IMG/VR virus record: IMGVR_UViG_3300027710_001279
Location: 1-64,000 of that record
Strand: one strand, 5' to 3'
DNA length: 64,000 bases
From: a virus
Shown here: positions 38,086 to 43,364 of the stretch, in pieces
Position numbering within the stretch: the stretch's first letter is position 1
Layout of the letters: every line of letters starts with the position of its first letter
Notes under the pieces: generated by a model
Database searches by the model: none
What the model was told of the DNA's origin: nothing
What the model saw: the letters and a program-made list of their open reading frames with translations, nothing else
Made by a program: the position numbers and the translations under genes

Positions 38086-38120
38086 ATGTAAGTTTACACT
38101 TAAACTCCAAGGACCCTAGG
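38060..38120 (+). promoter_or_regulatory. Antiterminator hairpin
   Basis: AGGGTCC/GGACCCT, GGAG/CTCC, TTAA/TTAA and TGTAAA/TTTACA stacked helices. Confidence 0.7.
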
Positions 38121-38147
38121 ATTAAAACCCTGGGGTTTTTTGTTTTT
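38111..38147 (+). terminator. Intrinsic terminator, mutually exclusive with the antiterminator
   Basis: ACCCTAGG-ATTAAAAC-CCTGGGGT followed by TTTTTGTTTTT. Confidence 0.85.
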
Positions 38148-38159
38148 GGAAAAAGAAAA

Positions 38160-38321
38160 ATGATAGAACAAGATAAGAAGAAACAACGAGAAGTTGAGTT
38201 TATACAACAGTATACTCTATCCAAAGAAGATTTTCGTAAGATGGTCTTAGAAAAGATGGAACGTGCTAAGGTATATAGTCAAGCCGTTAGAAAGCGCGAG
38301 ATTGCTCAAGAGCGATTGTAG
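38160..38321 (+). CDS. Small charged helical protein (53 aa)
   Basis: MIEQDKKKQREVEFIQQYTLSKEDFRKMVLEKMERAK..; first ORF after the terminator. Confidence 0.55.
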   Translation: MIEQDKKKQREVEFIQQYTLSKEDFRKMVLEKMERAKVYSQAVRKREIAQERL

Positions 38322-38322
38322 A

Positions 38323-38540
38323 CCGCAAAGTGTGAATAGGTAGCAACGCGAGCTACGGGATGCACTTAAAACATGTCTCAAATGGGCGGCAACTAGGATG
38401 GAATCCCTTGTGTGGGACTAAAAATCAGTTCGTATTAAAGCATTCTTTAAGAACAGGCAGCCTAAGTATTTTAGAGTGCTTTAATACACACTCTCTACTT
38501 CCGTTGACTGGAAGGACAGGGCACGTAGTGCCGAGAGTGT
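38323..38540 (+). ncRNA. Candidate structured ncRNA(s)
   Basis: Hairpins GTAGC/GCTAC and TCCC/GGGA; 15-bp stem 38432-38487; three-way junction 38488-38540. Confidence 0.45.
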
Positions 38541-38550
38541 TATCTATTTT

Positions 38551-38637
38551 GGAGATGTAGGAAAATTGGTAACCCCAGTGGACTGTAAATCCGCCGCCCG
38601 AAAGGCACTACTGGTTCGACTCCAGTCGTCTCCACCA
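38551..38637 (+). tRNA. tRNA-Tyr(GTA)
   Basis: Cloverleaf with V-arm; CT GTA AA loop; CCA. Confidence 0.93.
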
Positions 38638-38642
38638 AATTT

Positions 38643-38717
38643 GGTCCCATAGTATAGCGGTAAGTATAGCGGCTTGTCACGCCGTCGGCAGGGGTTCGAT
38701 TCCCCTTGGGACCGCCA
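38643..38717 (+). tRNA. tRNA-Asp(GTC)
   Basis: GCGGC-TT GTC AC-GCCGT; G discriminator; CCA. Confidence 0.93.
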
Positions 38718-38723
38718 AATTAT

Positions 38724-38798
38724 GCTCGGTTCGTCTATCGGTAAGGACGCTAGCCTTTCAAGTTGGAAAGACGGGTTCGATTCCCGTACCGAGTACCA
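38724..38798 (+). tRNA. tRNA-Glu(TTC)
   Basis: CTAGC-CT TTC AA-GTTGG; CCA. Confidence 0.9.
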
Positions 38799-38805
38799 AA
38801 TAATA

Positions 38806-38895
38806 GGAAGCGTGGCAGAGTCCGGCTTATTGCAACAGTCTTGAAAACTGTCGGCTCGAAAGGGTCCGTGAGTTCGAATCTCACCGCTTCCACCA
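38806..38895 (+). tRNA. tRNA-Ser(TGA)
   Basis: ACAGT-CT TGA AA-ACTGT; long V-arm; CCA. Confidence 0.93.
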
Positions 38896-38902
38896 AAAGA
38901 GG

Positions 38903-38930
38903 TTGACATTCTACTTAATTCGTGTATAAT
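38903..38930 (+). promoter_or_regulatory. sigma70 promoter internal to the tRNA array
   Basis: TTGACA-N16-TATAAT. Confidence 0.7.
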
Positions 38931-38937
38931 TATATAT

Positions 38938-39051
38938 GCGACCGTAAGTGGAATATGGCAGACCTCCCGCTATGCTCATAGCATAGAATGGGGACGGGGC
39001 GATGAGTCTAACTCGCAGCCTTTGCAGGTTCAAGCCCTGCCGGTCGTACCA
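38938..39051 (+). ncRNA. Aberrant tRNA-like RNA (114 nt) with elongated anticodon arm (CAT loop) and long V-arm
   Basis: Acceptor GCGACCG/CGGTCGT-A-CCA; T-arm GCAGG-TTCAAGC-CCTGC; Leu-like D-loop; arm TCCC..CTATG-CTCATAG-CATAG..GGGA. Confidence 0.7.
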
Positions 39052-39055
39052 AATT

Positions 39056-39146
39056 CGAGAGTGGGCAGGATGGTAATGCAGCTGATTGCTAATCAGTAGA
39101 CCAGCTTAAAACTGGTCACAGGGTTCGACTCCCTGACTCTCGGCCA
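39056..39146 (+). tRNA. tRNA-Ser(GCT)
   Basis: GCTGA-TT GCT AA-TCAGT; V-arm; G73; CCA. Confidence 0.9.
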
Positions 39147-39150
39147 ATTT

Positions 39151-39224
39151 GTATCCCTGGTGTAATGGCAGCACCGCGGTCTCCAAAACCGTCAGTCAAG
39201 GTTCGAGTCCTTGGGGGTACGCCA
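39151..39224 (+). tRNA. tRNA-Trp(CCA)
   Basis: GCGGT-CT CCA AA-ACCGT; CCA. Confidence 0.92.
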
Positions 39225-39230
39225 ATCAAC

Positions 39231-39307
39231 GGTGACCATAGTGTAAAGGTTTAGCACCGCACTCTGTGAAAGTGCTAGAATGGGATCGTTCCCCATTGGT
39301 TACCCCA
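39231..39307 (+). tRNA. tRNA-His(GTG)
   Basis: G-1:C73; GCACT-CT GTG AA-AGTGC; atypical T-loop ATCGTTC. Confidence 0.88.
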
Positions 39308-39317
39308 AGGAGCTATA

Positions 39318-39728
39318 ATGGAAAAACTAAAAACATTCAATATTTTGAAAGGTTCTGTTCGCAGGTTCGATGAACTGCTAGGACGAACATTGTATCGTGT
39401 ATCTGCAGATGAGGCAGAACTAACATTGTATCTGTCGGATACAAACTATGTAAGATTCTGTCACCACCAAGATTGTTGCGAAAGTGTTTACATAGAAGAT
39501 ATCTGTGGAGATCTCAACGACCTTGTTGGGGCACCTCTAGTAGAAGCTGAAGAAGTTTCTAACTATGATGATGGCCCAGTAGATAGTAGCGATGAATCTT
39601 ACACATGGACATTTTATCGTTTCCGCACACGGAAAGGTAGTGTGTCAGTTCGATGGTATGGGTCCAGCAATGGATACTATTCCGAAAGTGTCAGCGTAGA
39701 ATTTGTTGACACTACAATACCCGGATAG
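39318..39728 (+). CDS. Hypothetical phage protein (acidic)
   Basis: SD AAGGAG; HHQDCCESVYIEDI..WYGSSNGYYSE motifs. Confidence 0.8.
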   Translation: MEKLKTFNILKGSVRRFDELLGRTLYRVSADEAELTLYLSDTNYVRFCHHQDCCESVYIEDICGDLNDLVGAPLVEAEEVSNYDDGPVDSSDESYTWTFYRFRTRKGSVSVRWYGSSNGYYSESVSVEFVDTTIPG

Positions 39729-39793
39729 CTCAGTGGTAGAGCAGCGCCTTGATAAGGCGTTGGTCGCAAGTTCAAATCTTGCTCCGGGTACCA
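39719..39793 (+). tRNA. tRNA-Ile(GAT)
   Basis: GCGCC-TT GAT AA-GGCGT; CCA. Confidence 0.92.
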
Positions 39794-39797
39794 ATTT

Positions 39798-39872
39798 ACC
39801 GCTGTCGTATAATGGAGTATACCCCTCGCTACGAACGAGGAAATGGAGGTTCGATTCCTTCCGGCGGTACCA
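39798..39872 (+). tRNA. tRNA-Arg(ACG)
   Basis: CCTCG-CT ACG AA-CGAGG; CCA. Confidence 0.92.
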
Positions 39873-39878
39873 AATAAT

Positions 39879-39954
39879 GGGACCATAGCTCAGTTGGTAG
39901 AGCAGTAGACTTTTAATCTATTGGTCGGGAGTTCGAATCTCCCTGGTCCTACCA
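39879..39954 (+). tRNA. tRNA-Lys(TTT)
   Basis: GTAGA-CT TTT AA-TCTAT; CCA. Confidence 0.93.
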
Positions 39955-39958
39955 TAAC

Positions 39959-40034
39959 AGACATATAGCATAGTGGCTAATGCAGTTCCTTCATACGGAA
40001 AAGATCGTTGGTTCAAGTCCAACTATGTCTACCA
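39959..40034 (+). tRNA. tRNA-Met(CAT) elongator (or Ile2)
   Basis: GTTCC-TT CAT AC-GGAAA; paired 1:72; CCA. Confidence 0.85.
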
Positions 40035-40041
40035 ATTCAAT

Positions 40042-40117
40042 ACCAACTTAGCTGATGTGGTCATAGCAACGGTTTGAAGCACCGTGGAATGAGGTTCGAT
40101 CCCTCAAGTTGGTACCA
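40042..40117 (+). tRNA. tRNA-Phe(GAA)
   Basis: ACGGT-TT GAA GC-ACCGT; CCA. Confidence 0.88.
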
Positions 40118-40124
40118 AGTTTGT

Positions 40125-40198
40125 TCCCGGATAGTGTAGTGGTAACACAACAGACTTTGACTCTGCTATTGTAGGTTCGATTCCTACTCCGGGTGCCA
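40125..40198 (+). tRNA. tRNA-Gln(TTG)
   Basis: ACAGA-CT TTG AC-TCTGC; G73; CCA. Confidence 0.9.
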
Positions 40199-40219
40199 CA
40201 AAAATGTTTTAAAAAACCG

Positions 40220-40286
40220 TTGACAGATCTTAAAAAAGACTGTATAATAATTACTTGTTAAGCAATTAACACCGTTCTTTAAAAAT
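40220..40286 (+). promoter_or_regulatory. sigma70 promoter followed by a boxB-like hairpin and boxA-like antitermination signal
   Basis: TTGACA-N17-TATAAT (40220-40248); hairpin TAATTACTTGTTAAGCAATTA; GTTCTTTAAAAAT (40274-40286). Confidence 0.65.
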
Positions 40287-40300
40287 ATAATTTGATATTT

Positions 40301-40387
40301 GCCCGAGTGGTGAAATAGGTAGACACAAGAGACTTAAAATCTCTCGCTCTAACAGGCGTGCCGGTTCGATTCCGGCCTCGGGTACCA
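40301..40387 (+). tRNA. tRNA-Leu(TAA)
   Basis: AGAGA-CT TAA AA-TCTCT; V-arm; CCA. Confidence 0.93.
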
Positions 40388-40553
40388 TTAGTTGATAGCA
40401 TTCAGTGGGTATCGTATATGGACGCATATACTAGGCGGGCTAGTCGGGCCATCGATCAGTCCTAACACAACCACAGCAATGGCTTAGGAAGGGAAGCACC
40501 CGACTCCAAAATTCGCTCGTCGTCATAGACTGTGAATACTATCAACTAATGGT
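40384..40553 (+). ncRNA. Candidate structured ncRNA closed by a 21-bp stem
   Basis: ACCATTAGTTGATAGCATTCA / TGAATACTATCAACTAATGGT; inner stems GTATATG/CATATAC, AGTCGGG/CCCGACT, TCCTAA/TTAGGA. Confidence 0.55.
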
Positions 40554-40560
40554 ATTAAAT

Positions 40561-40636
40561 GTCCCGTTCGTCTAGAGGCCTAGGACACCACCCTTTCACG
40601 GTGACTACACCAGTTCGAATCTGGTACGGGACGCCA
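40561..40636 (+). tRNA. tRNA-Glu(TTC), second copy
   Basis: CCACC-CT TTC AC-GGTGA; host-like GTCCC..AGAGGCCTAGGAC body; CCA. Confidence 0.92.
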
Positions 40637-40644
40637 AAGTTTTA

Positions 40645-40734
40645 CCCGCAGTAGCTCAAGGAGAGCAGGTCGGCTTATATCCGATTAATCTAGATAAGGT
40701 CCAGGATGGGGTTCGATTCCTCACTGCGGGACCA
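40645..40734 (+). tRNA. tRNA with TAT anticodon (Ile-UAU) and long variable arm
   Basis: CCCGCAG/CTGCGGG-A-CCA; GTCGG-CT TAT AT-CCGAT; about 21-nt variable region. Confidence 0.75.
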
Positions 40735-40763
40735 TTGACAGTTTATAAATATTCTGTTATAAT
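40735..40763 (+). promoter_or_regulatory. Dual sigma70 / late-type promoter
   Basis: TTGACA-N17-TATAAT with TATAAATA (40744-40751) in the spacer. Confidence 0.75.
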
Positions 40764-40771
40764 AGTTTTAT

Positions 40772-40848
40772 GCCCAGGTGATGGAATTGGTATACGTGTT
40801 GGTCTTAGAAGCCAAATTTTGCGAGTTCGAGTCTCGCCCTGGGCACCA
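40772..40848 (+). tRNA. tRNA-Leu(TAG), short variable loop
   Basis: TTGGT-CT TAG AA-GCCAA; no V-arm; CCA. Confidence 0.9.
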
Positions 40849-40930
40849 TATTGAAGCACATTAAAGATAGGGTCGTAGCGGTTCTATGAACTTTAATACA
40901 TACCAAGGTAGTTAGTGTGTTTCAATATGG
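40846..40930 (+). repeat. Long inverted repeat (processing-stem-like) between tRNA-Leu and tRNA-Ala
   Basis: CCATATTGAAGCACATTAA / TTAGTGTGTTTCAATATGG. Confidence 0.7.
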
Positions 40931-41004
40931 GGGTGTAGCTCAGTTGGGAGAGCGCCAGCTTTGCAAGCTGGATGTCGCAGGTTCGATCCCTGTCACCTCC
41001 ACCA
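40929..41004 (+). tRNA. tRNA-Ala(TGC)
   Basis: G3:U70; CCAGC-TT TGC AA-GCTGG; CCA. Confidence 0.95.
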
Positions 41005-41010
41005 GTTTAT

Positions 41011-41086
41011 TCCCTAGTAGCTCAGCGGTAGAAGCACCTGACTGTTAATCAGGGTGTCGGTGGTTCGATCCCACCCTGGGGAGCCA
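41011..41086 (+). tRNA. tRNA-Asn(GTT)
   Basis: CCTGA-CT GTT AA-TCAGG; G73; CCA. Confidence 0.93.
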
Positions 41087-41106
41087 GTTTTTTTAAGGAT
41101 TTAAAT

Positions 41107-41283
41107 ATGTCAAAAGGTAGTAGCCCTAGGCCATATAGTGTTAGCCAAAAACAATTTGCTAATAACTTTGATGCAATTTTTCGCAAGCCTGATCCTAGGA
41201 TAGTCGAAGAACAACAAATTGAAGATGAAGAATTCGAAAGAATTGCTCAATCAAGTCAAGTTAAAGATACTACAAAAGATTAA
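41107..41283 (+). CDS. Small hypothetical phage protein (58 aa)
   Basis: SD AAGGA; MSKGSSPRPYSVSQKQFANNFDAIFRK.. Confidence 0.7.
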   Translation: MSKGSSPRPYSVSQKQFANNFDAIFRKPDPRIVEEQQIEDEEFERIAQSSQVKDTTKD

Positions 41284-41291
41284 TAATTAAA

Positions 41292-41366
41292 GCCGACTTA
41301 GCACAGTGGTAGTGCAATCGCCTTGTAAGCGATAGGTCATCAGTTCGAATCCGATAGTCGGCACCA
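41292..41366 (+). tRNA. tRNA-Thr(TGT)
   Basis: ATCGC-CT TGT AA-GCGAT; CCA. Confidence 0.93.
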
Positions 41367-41369
41367 AAT

Positions 41370-41443
41370 GCGGGGTTAGTTTAATGGTAAAACAGCAGAT
41401 TTCCAATCTTCGGTCGAGAGTTCGATTCTCTCACTCCGCTCCA
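41370..41443 (+). tRNA. tRNA-Gly(TCC)
   Basis: GCG start; TT TCC AA loop; U73; CCA. Confidence 0.92.
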
Positions 41444-41449
41444 ATTTTC

Positions 41450-41525
41450 GGGTCGTTAGCTCAGTTGGTAGAGCGCCTGCCTTACACGCAGGATGTCGGC
41501 AGTTCGAGCCTGTCACGACCCACCA
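41450..41525 (+). tRNA. tRNA-Val(TAC)
   Basis: CCTGC-CT TAC AC-GCAGG; CCA. Confidence 0.95.
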
Positions 41526-41531
41526 GTATTT

Positions 41532-41608
41532 CGGAGTGTAGCACAGCCTGGTAGTGCGCCTGGTTTGGGACCAGGAGGTCCAAGGTTCGAATCCTTGTAC
41601 TCCGACCA
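41532..41608 (+). tRNA. tRNA-Pro(TGG)
   Basis: CCTGG-TT TGG GA-CCAGG; CCA. Confidence 0.95.
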
Positions 41609-41614
41609 AGTTTT

Positions 41615-41900
41615 GTAAGACACATGGGTTGACCACAACGCCACGCATCAAGGTAAGGTGTCTATAGTGTAAGTAGCAGGTTTGGTCATGCTTACACACA
41701 ATCCCAACGTTCCGGGTGTCTCCGGATAGTGTGACCCACACGATGAGAAGTAGTGTGACAACTACGGGTGGTAGTCTTTAAACCGAAAGGCCGCTAGCAA
41801 TGCGAGAACGGTCCCTGTCGGGAAGCGGGTGGAAGGAGTGTGTGATGGGTATGATAGCGTCATATCTTGATACTCTATAATTACCGCCGGGGGATGCAGA
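41615..41900 (+). ncRNA. Candidate large structured ncRNA
   Basis: GC-rich non-coding stretch with many helices: AGACAC/GTGTCT, GTGTAAGTA/TGCTTACAC, TCCGG/CCGGA, GTAGT/ACTAC, CC-GAAA-GG, GGGTATGAT/GTCATATCT. Confidence 0.55.
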
Positions 41901-41901
41901 G

Positions 41902-41969
41902 CATATATAAACACACTCTAGCCAAACGGCAACAAGTGGGCTCATGCCCATGAAGTGTGTTTATATATG
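41902..41969 (+). repeat. 16-bp perfect inverted repeat enclosing two small hairpins
   Basis: CATATATAAACACACT / AGTGTGTTTATATATG. Confidence 0.75.
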
Positions 41970-41984
41970 TTTTGGGAGAATTAT

Positions 41985-42137
41985 ATGCCAATGTATGAGA
42001 CAACTGTAAGAACACCACAGGGTGAAGAAAAGAAAAGAATCTATGCGGATACTCCGCAAGAAGCTAAAAAACTTTTTGAACAACTGTACGGTGGACCAAG
42101 AGCAGTGCCATACATACCGCATATAATTCCAAGTTAA
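41985..42137 (+). CDS. Small hypothetical phage protein (50 aa)
   Basis: SD GGAG; MPMYETTVRTPQGEEKKRIYAD.. Confidence 0.7.
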   Translation: MPMYETTVRTPQGEEKKRIYADTPQEAKKLFEQLYGGPRAVPYIPHIIPS

Positions 42138-42141
42138 TTAT

Positions 42142-42220
42142 CGCGGGGTAGGGGAGTCTAGTCGTCCCCGCCAGTCTCATAAGCTGGAGATCGGAGGTGC
42201 GAATCCTTCCCCCGCAACCA
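42142..42220 (+). tRNA. tRNA-fMet(CAT), initiator-type
   Basis: C1:A72 mismatch; CGCGGGG start; CT CAT AA loop; CCA. Confidence 0.88.
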
Positions 42221-42243
42221 TTTTTTTAAACGTAAAGGTATAT

Positions 42244-42474
42244 ATGGCTATTAAACAACTAAGTCGCGGTACAACAATTGACACTGAAACATGTGTAGAA
42301 ATGGTCGGGGGCAATCGATTTGATCTAGTATTGATTGCGGCTGTTAGAGCTAGAGAACTAGCACGTCAACATCGCCATGCTGAAAACAAAGGGCAGTTAA
42401 ATGCTCCTGTAGCCGCTTTGCTTGATATCCAAGAAGGCAGAGTTGGTAACGAATATCTTAAAAGAATTCGTTAA
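42244..42474 (+). CDS. rpoZ: RNA polymerase omega subunit
   Basis: CVEMVGGNRFDLVLIAAVRAREL..PVAALLDIQEG. Confidence 0.85.
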   Translation: MAIKQLSRGTTIDTETCVEMVGGNRFDLVLIAAVRARELARQHRHAENKGQLNAPVAALLDIQEGRVGNEYLKRIR

Positions 42475-42480
42475 TTAAAT

Positions 42481-42558
42481 GCAACGGTGGCAGAGCGGCC
42501 CAATGCAACGGATTGCAAATCCGTAAAACCGGGGGTTCAAATCCCTCCCGTTGCTCCA
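42481..42558 (+). tRNA. tRNA-Cys(GCA)
   Basis: ACGGA-TT GCA AA-TCCGT; U73; CCA. Confidence 0.92.
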
Positions 42559-42582
42559 ATATCAAATTATAAATATTTTAAT

Positions 42583-42656
42583 GCGGGTATGATGTAAAGG
42601 TAACCTGAAACCTTGCCAAGGTTTATTTCCGAGTTCGATTCTCGGTACCCGCTCCA
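42583..42656 (+). tRNA. tRNA-Gly(GCC)
   Basis: AAACC-TT GCC AA-GGTTT; U73; CCA. Confidence 0.9.
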
Positions 42657-42664
42657 AACAACAC

Positions 42665-42711
42665 GGCCCTACCCTCTAGTAACATAGTTCTACGGTGGGG
42701 TTTTTCTTTTT
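42665..42711 (+). terminator. Probable terminator ending the tRNA operon
   Basis: GGCCCTACC..GGTGGGGTT, then TTTCTTTTT. Confidence 0.55.
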
Positions 42712-42896
42712 GCGTTATATAATCTTTCTTTGATTTCGTTGCGGACAATGTAGTCTGTGGAAGCGATTCTTGCCAACCACCCAGATAATAGCCCACGTTG
42801 ATAGATTAATGTTTCCATTTTATCGCCCTTATAACAGAGTTCGAGTAACTCGTCGAGCTCTTTTTGGATCTCTTCAAGGTGGGTTTTTGGCTTCAT
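42690..42896 (-). CDS. Hypothetical protein
   Basis: 68-aa ORF; TAAATA 6 nt upstream of ATG on the minus strand. Confidence 0.6.
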   Translation of the reverse strand: MKPKTHLEEIQKELDELLELCYKGDKMETLIYQRGLLSGWLARIASTDYIVRNEIKERLYNAKRKTPP

Positions 42897-42912
42897 AATA
42901 TATATTTATAGG

Positions 42913-42941
42913 TTGACAAACTGGTAAAACCGTGTTATAAT
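42913..42941 (+). promoter_or_regulatory. sigma70 promoter (near copy of the 37285 promoter)
   Basis: TTGACA-AACTGGTAAAACCGTGT-TATAAT. Confidence 0.85.
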
Positions 42942-42965
42942 ATATACATAGCAAGGAGCAATATA

Positions 42966-43364
42966 ATGGAATTTCTCGTCGAAACTCGTAGCGTAAAGAA
43001 ACGTAAATTTATAGAGGCAATTTTGCCCTCTATGATTAAACAACTTAAATTGGAAAACAGTAAGAAAGTTTTGCTGGTTCGAGTTGCCAATGAGTGCGAT
43101 GGACAGGGTATGACTATGCCACTGAATGGATTAGATGCCTATGTCGTAGTTGTCAAGCCAGGTTGGTTTGCCGATATGGGTGTTACCCTTGCACACGAGA
43201 TGGTTCACGTGCGTCAAATGGCCAAAGGTATTCTCAAAGTAGAAAATGGTGTTAACTACTGGCGTGGGAAGAAATACAGCAAGAAGACTAAGTATTTGGA
43301 CATGCCTTGGGAACAAGATGCGTTTTCAAAGCAAGAACTTATTTTTAGGAGGGCTGTAGAATAA
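42966..43364 (+). CDS. HExxH zinc metallopeptidase-like phage protein
   Basis: TLAHEMVHVRQ..PWEQDA. Confidence 0.7.
   Translation: MEFLVETRSVKKRKFIEAILPSMIKQLKLENSKKVLLVRVANECDGQGMTMPLNGLDAYVVVVKPGWFADMGVTLAHEMVHVRQMAKGILKVENGVNYWRGKKYSKKTKYLDMPWEQDAFSKQELIFRRAVE

Noticed and set aside
37880-38150. T-box riboswitch as the explanation of the terminator/antiterminator
   Set aside because: No T-box consensus (GGTGGNACC) or stem I specifier architecture; an ORF overlaps the antiterminator instead.
38938-39051. Selenocysteine tRNA (TCA present in the loop, long V-arm)
   Set aside because: In a 7-nt loop the central triplet is CAT, the acceptor stem is 7 bp and the discriminator is A, unlike tRNA-Sec.
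38544-41741. ORF-track entries 38544..38909(-), 39677..39886(-), 39703..39888(+), 41376..41741(-), and similarly 37758..37952(-), 38360..38560(+), 45038..45406(-)
   Set aside because: They overlap tRNA genes or structured RNA and are typical spurious translations.
41615-41900. tmRNA, RNase P RNA or hammerhead ribozyme
   Set aside because: No tRNA-Ala-like ends with CCA, no GGAAAGUC P4 core, and CGATGAG lacks the hammerhead CUGANGA context.
37700-42700. CRISPR array
   Set aside because: The recurring GGTTCGA/CCA motifs are tRNA T-arms and 3' ends; there are no identical regularly spaced repeats.
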